Source of the DNA: Podospora anserina
Taxonomy: Eukaryota
Length of the DNA: 64,000 nt
NCBI GenBank assembly: GCA_017654855.1
Contig: CM030334.1
Location: 3,782,001 to 3,846,000, forward strand
Direction of reading: 5' to 3'
Shown here: one piece after another, positions 12,454 to 25,186 of the stretch
Layout of the letters: each line of letters starts with the position of its first letter
Position numbering within the stretch: position 1 is the stretch's first letter
Program-made: the position numbers and the translations under genes
Notes under the pieces: model-generated
Told to the model about the DNA's origin: nothing
The model's input: only the letters and a program-made list of their open reading frames with translations
The model's database searches: none

Positions 12454-14092
12454 TTAATAAACATACCTAAACCCATCAGCCCTGATATCCCCCACAGAGG
12501 AATCCGACACAGCACCCGCTTCAGCATTCTCTGCCCTCTGCCTTTCAGCCTTTTCAAGCTTTGTGTTCTCCCACTTGTGGAAATACCGTAACACAATCGC
12601 CAACAGACCAACAAGCAAACAAATAGCCGAGTTCGCGCTCCCTCCGGGGGTGTATTGCGGTGCCGCCGTTTGAGGGTACATGTACGAGCCGTAGATACTA
12701 GCCGTATTGCCCACCATGTTGGCGATGGCCACCGCTGCGCCGCGCTTGACCATGGGACGGGGGAACGAGTTGGCAATCCATGACAGGATGATTTGATCTG
12801 TTTACAGTTCGCTTAATTTCTTCAGCCTTCTGGGAGATCAGGCAGTGCTCACAAGCAGAAACGGCCCCCATGGGCATCAGAAACATGGCAAAGAACCTTG
12901 CCCCGGTGACTGTCGTACCAGTAGCAATCGCGTTGCCCACCGCTGATACCAGCATCAGACCAAAAATGTGGAGTGATCGATCCTTTGTCCGAGCCGACGT
13001 CCAGGTAACGCATACCGAAATCAAAAATGTGGCGAACCAGACAGGGGCCGTCAGCCAAAGCGTTTCGATCTTTCCGTAGCCTAGTGTTCCAACAATGCTG
13101 GGGAAGAAATACTGGAATGTCTGCGACAGTAAGCTGAGATGCTGCAGCAGGACAAACAGATAGAGCCGGTAGTCTAGTAATGCGAGCTTGGTGCCTTGCC
13201 AGACCGTCTTGGCCCTTTGGTCGTCGGACTCGTTGATGTCGGCCAGAAGTCTCCATGAAGCGTACTCTCGTTCTTGTGGACTCAACCAGCGCGTCGTGCT
13301 TGGGTAGTCGGGCAACACCCACATGGCTATCAGAGCAACCGCGATGGTAATAACACCCTCCTACTCAGCCGTCAGCCATGTTGGAGACACAGTCCGGCGA
13401 ACACTTACGATAATAAACAACCACCTCCACCCAGCAATCCCCTGAGCACCCTCCATCTTTCCCAAAACAGCTGCTCCTATCAGCCCCCCAAACATGTTCG
13501 CCAACGCATTCCCTGAGTAAAAGTACGACATCCTCCTCGTCAATTCAGCCCTCGTATACCAACTGCTCATCAAGAACACGGCCCCCGGGAAAAACGGCGC
13601 CTCGACAAAACCCAGCAAAATCCTCACCACCACCAACTGCGCAAAGCTCTTGGTCGCACCGCTGCAGGCAGAGACGGCCCCCCAGAGGCACATAGCCCCC
13701 GTCAGGTAAATGCTCGGCCTGACTCTTGTTATGAGGAGGTTCGACGGCAGCTGGAAGACGAGGTAGGAGACGAAGAAGATGGACGTGGCGAAGTTGAAGT
13801 CGGTGCCTGACATGCCGAGGTCTGCCTCCAAGGTTCCCTGCCGGGCTTGGGCGAGGTTGGCGCGGTCGAGGAAGTTGAGGAGGTACATGAGGATTAGGCA
13901 GGGGAGGAGGCGGAGGTCGATTTTGCGGACGAGGGTTCGTTCGAAGGAGGCGTGCCATTCTGGGGATTGAGAGCGGAAGTGTTGGATGTCTTCGTTGGGT
14001 GGCGGTGGTTTCTCGGGGTGGCTGGGGGGTTTGCTTGGGGATTCTGCATGGCCGACATGATGATGGTTAAGGGGTGATGATTTGGTGTCCAT
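12454..14092 (-). CDS. MFS transporter, allantoate/nicotinate (Dal5/Tna1-like) family
   Basis: RKIDLRLLP, NFLDRANL, EAPFFPG..FLMSSWYTR.EL and GWRWLFIIEG. Two introns (~13407-13362 and ~12852-12798). Confidence 0.9.
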
Positions 14093-15304
14093 TTTCTAGG
14101 TAGTTCCAAAAGTTGGGATGACGGCAACAGTGACAGACATAGGACCAAAGGATGTGCGGAGACCCCGAGTTCATGAATCCCAGGTTATATCCGGTGACTG
14201 GGTGAGGGTTCTTGCCTTGTGTATTTGTACCAGACATGCTCAAGATTGGAAGGCACGATCTTATGCATGAGACAATCCCGCACAGATAATCTTTGTTCCC
14301 GGATGCCACCGCATATCTGCATATCTGCACCATCTTCCGCTCTTTCAGCTCGCCGTTACTGGTTGTCGCCGTCACCGTCACCTCGTGTGTGATGATGCCA
14401 GTGATGCTGATCGCTTCTTCTCCTCACACCTCCTCCCTCTCCCCTCTCCCCCACTTGACCAATCGCCATCCCTTCTCAGCGCCATTACCCCAGATTTCCA
14501 GGATTCCATTCCGTGGAATTGCTCCACCAAACCGCCCCCCATTCTGCAGAGCTAGCCAAAAGCTTGGTCATCGCCTTACTCCGCTTCCCCGGATCTTGTC
14601 GATTGTCGCTCGACATCCATTCCCTGCTTTGGGGCATTCGAGAAAACTGCCGAAGTCAATTCCCTGCCTCTGGCGAGCACCGCATCAAGTACCACACCAC
14701 GCACATCACGCACACCACCCGCCGAACAAGCAAGCCTACGGCCGGATGCCGGCTCGTCCTCCCCTCCCCCTCGCCCGCTACCCACCACGTAATATCGGCA
14801 TATGCTTCCATTGGAACGAATTCCCCCGCCATCGAGAATAGCATCCGTGCTTCGAAAACCAGAATGCTGAATGGTGCGGTTAGAGAGTGCCATCAAGTTC
14901 CAGTCCCATTTCAACAACCTTTTCCACCTTTGTTCCCCAACCACGGCTGATGCCCAGCCCTGAGGCTCCGTGATAAGCTTCTCCAAGGTCTTGGGTGCAT
15001 CGTGTAGCGCCCCTTTCCAGCAGAGCTTCCCGTGCGCGCCACACGGCCGTTTGTGCTACCTTCTAGACCCAACAGATTGCGGCACGGTGGTTGGCTACTG
15101 GGAAAAGGGACAAAGACAATAGTTCACCAAAAGCCAGCATATTGTCACCCAAAGACGTATGTGCGTGCAACCGCACGTTGGGATGGGTATTTGCAGCAAC
15201 CTCAGTCCCTCGACTCTATGTAGGCCCGGATCGCAACTCTCTGATCTCCGTAGATACACGCATCGAATCCTCTCCACCACCACCACACGCCCTTTTCACG
15301 CCGA

Positions 15305-17018
15305 TCAAGTCCAGTAGCGGAAACGTGGGTGTCTGCTGCCCAGTTCCTCGGCCTCCTCCTCGGTCAGACCCTCCAGACGGTGATCGCGCTTTCCAGCGGC
15401 CCGAACCCTGTTCTCCCGCGCACAGTACAAGACGCCAAACAGGGCGCAGCATACCGTGACGATTTGGCCAACGAGGTTGATGGTGTGGCCAGTGTGGTAC
15501 TTGGGACCGTCGTAGTAGATGTAGGTCCAACTGCGCGGCGTGTTAGTATTTGACAGCGACGAAACCACCTAGGATGACTCACGTTGCGACGATACCACCA
15601 ATGGTTCCAAGCGTGACAACATAGGCGCTGGTAACAGCCCGAACCGAAGGCCCCGCAGAATCTATCCACCAAAGTTAGCTGACGGCTTATGCAGACACCA
15701 ACGGGTATCCGACTCACTGTTCATCGCCCAACTAAGGAAACCAGGGCCGCCCGGGAAAGCACCGATGGTGACAAAAAACACGGCCATGTAGCGAACGTTG
15801 GTGTTCTCGACCCATCGCAGGATGGCGAAGCCAACCACGGCGAGGCAGGCAAACGAACCCAGCCAGACACCACGCTGCCCGGACTTGTCGCTGAGCCACG
15901 CCACGGCGATGGCAACCACGCAGGCGCACACGTAGGGAGGCACAGAGTAGAGCTGAGCTTGGGTGTTGGTCCAGCCGAGGTCGTTGAGGATGGTGGGCAG
16001 GAACACCGAGAGACCCTGGACGGTGATGTTGATGAGGAAGAAGGCCAGGGCGCAGGTGTAGTTGTGGATGCAGAAAACAGCAGCCTTGACATCGGCCCAG
16101 GTGACCTTCCTGGCGGGATCAGACCTGTGCTCACGCAACAAACGCTCAGCGGCGATCTTTCGTTCGCGTTCGTTGAGGAAGTAGGCGGTCGACGGATCAG
16201 TAGGCATCCAAATGGGCGCCAAAAGACCAATGATGACGGTGATGAGACCCTCAAAGAAGAAGATGTTGCGCCACGTGTGGATCTCGGCGCCCGCGGCTCC
16301 CCACGAGGGGATCTGGGACAAGGCGGCGGCCAGGAGACCACCAAAAGCACCGGCGATGGAAGCAGCCGAGACGTAAATACCGATGCGGAACAGGAGCTCG
16401 TTGCGCTTGTAGAAGCAGCTCAGGAAGAAGGCCATACCAGGCATGGCACCACCCTCAAAGACACCCAGGAACGAACGGGCGACCATGAGACCAGCGAAAT
16501 TCTTGACGAAGGCGGTGCACAACGAGACGAGGCCGAAGCCGCAGACGAGAAGTGGGAGGTAGAAACGCGCTCCAATGGCCTTGAGGAGGATGTTGCTGGG
16601 CACCTCGACGAGCAGGTAGATGATGTAGAAGATGGAGAGGGCCCAGTTGAACTTGACGCCTTCCACCATGTCGAGGTCCCTGGCCAATCCTTGGATACGC
16701 GCATTGCCGATGTTGATGCGGTCGAGGAAGCACAGCATGTAGAGGAGCGTCACCAGAGGCACCGTGTGCCAGTCGATCTTGCGGCGGACGATGGCCTCCT
16801 CCTCCTCAGTGTAGTCGAACTCGAGCTCCTCGGAAGAGGTGCCATCCTTGGAGGTTGCCGTGCGCTCCTGCAACGACTGCTGGGCTGCGAGGACGTGTTA
16901 GTTTTCTCATCATTTGGGTCGCTGAGCTCTCTTGGTGAGCGGCTCTCAGCGCGATTCTGAGAGCGACTTGATGAAACAAACCGGGCAACTCACTGACTTC
17001 CTTTTCCACGTCGACCAT
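15305..17018 (-). CDS. MFS transporter, allantoate/nicotinate (Dal5/Tna1-like) family
   Basis: RKIDW, FLDRINIGNA, FYKRNELLFRI, WRNIFFFEG and a C-terminal LGSRHPRFRY. Short first exon MVDVEKEV and three introns. Confidence 0.9.
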
Positions 17019-19238
17019 GGTGATGGGGGTTTTTATTTTATTTTTACCGACCGCAACGGGGCACGTTTGGCACCAGGAAGAATGTTACCAAGGACCGGAG
17101 TAAACAGTGCGGGTTGGCGGGTTGGTGGGTTGGTGGGTTGGTGGTCGAGGTAGTCGATGAACGGGGAGAACACAACAACAGACAAACCCTTCACACTACC
17201 GACGAGGGGGGGCAGGCTGCAGGTGGAGGGTACTTATAAGGGTATCCGTTTGCCTCAGGCCGTGGGCCAGCTGGTTGGGAACGTCGCAGCGCCGTGTGTC
17301 TGGGGGATTGGTGTGTGATCCAGACCAGGGACGCCAGCAGCAAGCACGTAGTAGACGTAGTACTCGACTACTACCCTCACTAAAGGTTTGCTATGTACAT
17401 CCATGATGCTGGCATCGGCTGAGTATAACCGGTTCGGGTACGGTCTTGGTAGTGAAGCTGTTAACGACAGCTTACAAGGGTACCCCAGAGGGACGATGGA
17501 GTTGTCTTCTTAGCTAGCGCAGACTGGGGAAGAGAAACTTCACACGATCCTAGCTGCTGGGCTAGAGGGGGAAGGGGGGGGAAGGCTAAAACGGTACCGA
17601 TGCCGCCTTGGTGCAGATTGGCAGCAACGACAAGACCATCTGCATTTTTCATGGTTTCGGCAGATAGATTTGGGACCGCCTTTTTTAAAGTGAATCTGGG
17701 GAGGGTGGACCGGAAGCATCAGGGCATCAGGGGGCATCAGGGCCAAACTGGGGGGGGTGCCACGGGGCGCCAAGATATGCCGAGACCTTAGTCAATCGGA
17801 GCAAGAACGCGGGGGAGGCAAAGCGGACGAGCCCCGACTGGATGGGGCATGGAGATGCTTGCTTGCAATGCTTGTGGTTTGCGGAAACGGTTCGCCGTTG
17901 AACAAGTTCGGTCGAGCAGCCACCCGCTTCTTGGTCCAGATCATTCTGACGAGCATCTTGGATCTGGGACGCAGGCCAAGCACGCCGGCGTCGACGAGAA
18001 GCTTGAAAATAACAAGACAGACCACAAACAACGCCTTGTCCCTCGGTCTTCCTCAACGGCAATTGATAATTGGACTCTTTCAAGGTGGCGATCAGCAGCT
18101 TGCTACGGAGTATTGACGCGGGGTTGGGGCATGATGGATTGGGATTGGCGAGCTGCCATCCATTGCGGGACCACCAACCACATCCCCATCAGTGAGGAAG
18201 AAAGCGGTTCCCTGTTCCGGTCCCTGTGACTGTAACAAATCCCCTAGTGTTAAGCCCTGTTGAACGACGCTACACTAAACGAAACGGGAAACGTTTTTGT
18301 TTCTTTACCAATTCGTGCCTGGTAATTGGAAGGATTCGCGGGCTTCACCTGATATGGATAAGAAATGCCATGTGTCATTGTCAGGTCAGTCAGGTTCGGG
18401 GTTTTTTTTTGGAGTCGAACAATTTCTTGTTGGTTGGAGAAAAATGGACATGGCAACAGCAGAACACAATCGGCGACTTTTTTTTTCTTTCTTTCGGGCC
18501 TTTTGGGGAACTGGTTACACACTATCTCCAACGACATATGCAACTTTATTCTGCCGTCAATACTTTCACTTAAAAATGATTGTGTGTTGGGTGTGAGATA
18601 AACCAATCACCCCAGGGAAGGGGACCTTTGGTACACCCAGGGGGATTCGGGATTGGGGGAGAGGGGAGGGGGGAAAGCAAAAGGAGTGGTCACTTGATAG
18701 GGTTACAATCAGCCTGTTGGGGGAAGCGAATACTTTTGCCATATTGGCTGACACTTTTCCACTTTCCCCTCACCTCACACAACACACTTCAACTTACCGC
18801 TTCCCCATTCCGTTCCTCCCGCGATGGTTGCAGTAACATCCTTGTTCTGCACTATCAAACCACGCGATTGTGCACCATTGCGGATGACAGCGAAGAGCTT
18901 TTACCACGGATATTCCCAATGCAGCGGGTGTAATTGAGCAGTGGGTGAAGATGAGGTGTAAAAAGATAGGTATTGGTGAAATTGGGGGAGATTTTTTTGG
19001 AGTTTGTCCATCTGGATGTCCATCTGGATCTCTTTCTTGAAGTGGTCCAAAATGGCAAGGTGACATTGCATTCTTTCTTCCCCCGACGACCGATACTTTA
19101 CTTCCGCGCCAGTGATGAGCAGAGTTACTGACGAATAGCATGCGCGCTAGTAGAGAAAGGTAAGGGTATGGTAAGGTATGTACTCCTACCGTGAACAGGG
19201 GGATGGCGTGGCGGGCGTGGCACACCCACACGTACACA

Positions 19239-19240
<2 letters not shown>

Positions 19241-19285
<45 letters not shown>
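19241..19285. repeat. (CA)n microsatellite
   Basis: About 22 uninterrupted CA units in the long intergenic region. Confidence 0.95.
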
Positions 19286-19287
<2 letters not shown>

Positions 19288-19557
19288 GAGGAGGGGGGAT
19301 CTTGGCCGCCCAACCCTTTCCAAGCTTTGGACTGGGCAACCGTGCACATACGGCTTCGGCAACGGGTGACGGTACATGAGGTGGCCCGATGGGTTTGTGT
19401 CTGACAGGTTGGTTGATACCTTCGTCATCGTGGGCGAGATGTCATCTACCGTACCGTCGTCGTGGGTACCTTTACCAGGATCAACCGATTCTCCAACTTC
19501 TTGCCCTTGATGCCTCCACTTTCTTCCACTTGATCATTCACAGAGAGGGGGATCTAG

Positions 19558-19635
19558 GGGAGGTGAGGTGAGGTGAGGTGAGGTGGTAGCATTGCCAATG
19601 TGCCGGGACTGCTGGCTGGCTGGCTGGCTGGCTGG
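19558..19635. repeat. (GTGAG)n and (GGCT)n short tandem repeats
   Basis: gaggtgaggtgaggtgaggtgaggtg, then ctggctggctggctggctggctgg. Confidence 0.8.
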
Positions 19636-21603
19636 ATGACGGGTTCCAGAACGTGGAGAAGATTGGGTAGGTGGATTGAGCCAGCTCCAACACTACCAAC
19701 GTGCCTGCTTATATTGTGGATAAATTACCCGAGTGGGCGGGTTGGTTGGTTTTTGCTGGTTGGGGGAGCGGTAGTGCATATATACTCGGTGATAGGGGGG
19801 TCAAAATGGGTATAAAAATCGCGGTTGACCGTCTCGGACTTGGGGTTCAAGGGTTCGGGATTCGGGACGTGTGTTCTCGCTGGATGTTGTGTTACAACCA
19901 AGACGCTTTGTGTTGCACGAGCTTTTGAGACAGATGGCAATCAAGATTCTAAGATGCAATGCTAATCGGAGTATGGGGGCAATAAGTTTTCACATGAGTC
20001 GGGGAGTGCCCCTGAATGGTATGTGGTGACTGAGGTGGGATAACATCCGATTTGACTATATGGTGCATGCAAATGGTGTTGTTGGTCTGACATCCTGCTT
20101 TTTGTTGGGTACTCTGATATCGCCATGATGACTGTTGGTCTGACTGCATTATGAACCCCCTGATGGGGGATTTTTGGATGAGGGTTGAAAAGTCTAATCA
20201 GCCCGGATTTAGGAGTATGTCCGTAGATGGATGCACTTACATGATGGACACAAATCGATGTTGATATGAATCCAAACCTAATCGGCAGATGCAAGAGGTG
20301 GGCAAAAAGGTGGGCAAAAAAGTGGGCGTTGACTATGAATTCATTGCCACGGTATGTTAGACTTTGTAATGGTCTTTTAGCCATAGCTGCAGACCGAACC
20401 TTATACTCTAAGTCATGTTTTGATAGAGTATGACTTCTCACACCCTTTCAGTTTCATCTAGAGCCCTCTCCACCAAAAGACCGCATGCAATTATAGCTTT
20501 GGGTGGATAATAGCAAGAAAAGGTCATTGTTTATTCATCTGTTCTGATGTTAATGATTATGACAAATACCCTAGGTTCTGCGTTGAGCCACAATAAGGTT
20601 CTATGTCTCTTCGAAGTGGCTGGCATAATGACTTGGCCTTGACTTTCACTCTATCTAATCACAGTCTTTCCTACCTGACTCTACCATACATCCCCATCAG
20701 GTCCCTTTGAATGATTATGTCGTTGTGAGTAGGAGATGACTGGCAGTACACATGATCTGAACGGAAAGGGGATTAAGAGTCTCGTTTCATATCGAAGACT
20801 AGTTCTGCACACAACGGAATCTTGTCAGTGGATCGAAGCTGGTTTATATAAATCCTGCTGGGTTGAAAAATCGTGTTTATATTCGATATGCGTGCTTCTT
20901 TACTCGAGACATGTTTCTTCCTATCATTAACAACAATAGGTATTGCTTCTACTGTGGCAGCATCATCAACTTCCCGGGTGTTACCCAGCCTCGGTGACTG
21001 GCCAACGTGAATGAATACAGCCAAAGCACGTTCATTACATAGACACATGTCTGTCAAGAGGTAAACATATCATAAACACCAGAGTATGTGACAGGTATAG
21101 AAAAGAGCTAACCGTCAAATCCGTTAACCACCAGGACGCCTGGCTTTATGTGTTTATTTCCTCAAAGTCACCCCCTGAAGTGACTTCGCATACTCAAGGG
21201 GGTGGGAAAAACGCCATCAAGGTGCCTGACCTTCTCGGCAATCTTTATTGTACGCCCGACCAAAGGAGACTATCAGACGACACTTGTAGCGAACTTCCTG
21301 CCATTTCCTTCTTATCGAGTCCTCTATCTGACGTCCCCGTCGTCTCCCACCGGAGCAACTCCCCAAGACCTTATCGGTAGAGTCCTATTGCAAGCGACCT
21401 AAACAAAAACAATAGCAGAGCCCCACAGGAGCTCACTTTCTGGCCTGCAGAAAAAGACCTGACATTCGGCTCTTCTCTTCAGACGAATTCTCTCTTCGTC
21501 AGCCGAATTTCATCTCACCACTTCTCTGACCAGCATGACCCGGAACTTCTCACAAACTTCATCTCACCATCGTCTGATTTTCTTCTCGCGATCTGTTACC
21601 AAG

Positions 21604-24600
21604 ATGGAGTCACATGTATCTGAAGGACCCATCATGAGCATCCGTCGTGACACAGGTCGTCCGGCTTGTTTCCGCCTTGTTGTTGGTGGCCCCAAGGAGT
21701 CCTGGCTGAAGTTTGACTGCTTCGATTCTGTAAGTATAACTGCTCTCTCCTCTCTCAAACCTTTCCTCCCCCACCCACCAAACCCCTCCACCAAGAGCCC
21801 GCAACTAACACGTTCCTCCTCTCCAAAAGTCGGAATGGGAGCTCACCTGTCCCGGCGTCAAGGCCTGGATCAGCACCCTTCAGGCCAAGCGTGACGTGCC
21901 GTTCCTCCCTTTCGACCTCCCGGAGTTCCCTTTCTTCGTCTTCGGCCCGACCAAGACCATCCAGCAAATCAGCAACATCGGCCCTGGTGCCATTGAACGT
22001 AAGTTGGATCACGCCTCCCTTCCTCTCAGACCAAACCCCTGACCTCCTGCGACAGATGAATACAAGGCCCTCGCCCAGCAATGCAGATCCTCGGACCCTA
22101 TCGAGAAACTCGCTGCCTCCAACCGCCTCCAGGACCTGGGAACTATCATCAACTGGTTACTTGTCTTCTTGGTCCGCCCTTGCGCTTCCCCGCCCCCTGA
22201 TATCAGGTCGTTCTTTGACCACAAGCTTGAAACCGGCGACCCAGTCGCGGACAGCGAAGCCAGCAAAGTCATCCAGGCGATGGAGCGCAGTCCGCAAATG
22301 AACATCCAGTCATTGGAAAGGTTCATCTGCTCGGCTCACCCCTTGCACGTCGCCTTCAAGGTCCTTGCCGCGGTCATTATCAGGTGTCATCAAGTTCGGC
22401 CCCTGCCTCGTCGGGTTCAGCCTGGCACGACGCAGTTCCTCGAGCATCTCGCTGAGATTGCGACCTCGCCATCTCCAACAATCATGGAGGAGTCGCTCCC
22501 TATGGGCAGGCATCCATACACCCAGGTGTTCATCCCCCATGCGGCGGGTGTGAGGAGTAATCACCCTGGTCTACACCCAGCCGGCATCATGATTGCACTC
22601 AACCTCTATCAATTCAGCAGGCTCAAGGAGTTGGGCACAACAAACGATGTGCGGGGGTGGAGGCACCCTGTGTATGAGCCTCGACTCACCAAGCTTCGGA
22701 ATGATCTTATCCGGTACTTTTTGACCTCGGGGAGAAAGGTGCTGTTTGACGAGCTAGTGAGGGTTCAGTGGAGGGTTGACAAGTGGTTTGACCACATCGA
22801 CAGTCCGAAGCGTCCTATGCCGGGCAGTGACGCCAGGACGATGGACACCTATCGGCTTCTGCGTTCGGGGAAGAGTCACCAGGACCCAGCTAAACGGTTG
22901 GAGTTGCTGTTAACGAATGTCCCTGCTGAACCATCGCCGGTGCCAGCTGAGGTTGAAGAGGAGGAGTCAAGCCCCAGCAGGACTGAAGATGAAGCCTCGT
23001 CCTCTGATGAGATGCCAGACCTTAACGAGACCCAGCGGACAGCCCCTTCCTCCCAAAAAGAGCCACGCCCCACCACCGTTGAAGACGAGCCATCCTGCTC
23101 CCATGAAGATTATGGCGAGGACGAAGAGGACGCCTACGAGGACGCCTACGAGGACGACGAGGACGCCTACGAGGACGAGCTGGTCCTTGATATAACATTC
23201 GGCATGCCAATCTCAGACGCCCACCAGGACTTCCTCCCCCCTCGGGTGTCAAACATGATCACATGCATGAAGGCGGCAAAGAGCCTGCTCCAGGGCAAAG
23301 CAGTCATGAAAAGCATGAAACGGGAGACTCTCGAGGCTCGCCGCGACGAGCTGCAAGCCCAGGCGTGCAAGTTGGCGCTTGTGGAGGGCTCGCCGGTCTA
23401 CGAAACGCTGACCAGCGTCCCGTCGGCAGGCGGCTCGTCCCGCGAGCAGGTGCCGACTAGGCTAGCCGAGCTCGGCATGCTGGAGCTCAGCCTGCTGCCG
23501 CCCGGGATTGCAAGACTGTCCGCCGAGCAGAAGGTAGAGCACTTTAAGAGTCTCTGCCACCGACAGGAATTGGAATTAGCCGATATTGTCAAGAAGAAAA
23601 AGGCTGGCCTCGAGGCAAGAGCTCTTCCCCAACCGCCCCAGCCCTCCACATCCCGCCAGGCACAGTTGATGCCGCCGCCTCTGTTGCCCTCCCGCCTCCC
23701 AGATGCCACCAATGCTGAGATCCTCCGGGCTGTTGGAGAACAAGCCGTCCAACATGGAGAACAGCTGAAGGCTGAGCCGAGAGAAGCCAACAATGAGCTT
23801 CTCAGGATACGAATGGCCGAGCTGGAGCCGGGGCGTTCAAGACTGGAAGACGAAGAACTCGAGCGGGCAAGACAAAAGGCCAAAACGATCGAGGTTGAAT
23901 TAGACGCAGCCCAGCAGCAAGAGAGGAAGAGGCAAAGAAAGAACTTGGCCAAGAAAGAGAGACGTCAGGCAAGAAAGCAACTGGAGAAGCAGGCTCTTCA
24001 AGTTGAGCCACAGCCAGCTGAGACGCGAAAGCCTGAGGAGGGGGAACCATCATCGTCCCAGCTTGCATTGATATCGTCGCACTTGCAAGCGGAAGAGGAA
24101 AATTTGTCAGAGGCCGTAACAATCCTGGCGCTGTCCGAGCCTGAGCAGCAAGATGGTGAGCAGGCGGTGGCCACACCGTCTGAGCTTGCCCAAACTCAAG
24201 AAGTCTCGCTTCCAGAGTCAGAATCGAAGGAAGATGGGGAGGGGGCGGCAGGGCCCCCTAAAAGAAACCTTACCGGATGGGACCGCCGAAGGTTGAAAAA
24301 GAGGGAGAGAAAGGATAGAGAGGCCGAGGAGAAACGACGGAGGGAGGAAGAGAAAGCCCGGCAACGCGAGGCGGCCAAGGCGAAAGCCGAAGCCAAAATG
24401 GCCAAGCGACTTGCCGAGGACAAGAAACGCTGGGACGAAGAAAAGAGACAGAGGGAAGAGGAGGAACGTCTCCGGATCGAGAGGGAGGCAGAGCAGTTGG
24501 CGCGAGCGACGGAAGAGTCGCTGCGTCAAGCCAAAGAGGACGAGACCCTTCGCAAGGCAGAAGAGGTTCGGAAGGTGAAGGAGCTGGCAAAGGCCCAGTC

Positions 24601-25186
24601 CGAGGTCAAACCCAAGACCCGGCGTGCCGATGTCAAGTCTCTGGAAACCTGGAGAGCCAAGTCGGTTCCTGCAGAATCCGCAGGACCGGCAACTTCTGTC
24701 TTGCCTGTCCCATCGTCGTCGCCATCGTCTGCCGGCCCTGTTCCCGCCCTGCCGCCCTCGCCCGTCCGAGCTCCGGTGCCTGTGGTCTCGCCCGCTCACC
24801 CTGCTGTTGCTGTGTCCCCGCGCGTGCTCGTGGCTCCGTCTCCGCGTTCGCCCGTGCTTTCGCCCGCTCGGAAGCCCCTGCTTCGGCTTGGGGACGTGAC
24901 TCTTCCAGAGGAGGACTTCGCCAAGACAGGAGAGTCGTTGCTGTTTTCGTCGCACCGGCCTGTGATATCCATACCACAGCGGACAACAACTCCTCTGGCG
25001 ATGAACGTCCCTTCGTCCCCTGTGGTGTTGGCGCCAGTCACACCACCAGTCCCGGAGCCCACGCCGCCACCCTCACCACCACCCGCACCCGCACCCGCAC
25101 CCGCACCCGCACCAGCCCCGGCGCCGGTGATAGACGACGACCCGTTTATCACCAGTGGAGCAGCAGTCGCCGGAAGCTCAGCTTAG
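21604..25186 (+). CDS. Large lineage-specific protein (~1141 aa): acidic, coiled-coil and Pro-rich regions; an in-frame extension to 26032 follows its UAG
   Basis: Exons 21604-21729, 21830-21998 and 22056-25186, with GTAAGT donors, splice into one frame. An alternative in-frame ATG lies at 21535. No domain recognised. Confidence 0.7.
25081..25123 (+). repeat. (CCCGCA)n coding repeat encoding (PA)n
   Basis: Tandem hexamers encoding PAPAPAPAPAPAP. Confidence 0.85.

Noticed and set aside
20122-20166. ATGATGA...CTGA resembling a box C/D snoRNA
   Set aside because: Only ~45 nt long with no recognisable rRNA guide sequence.
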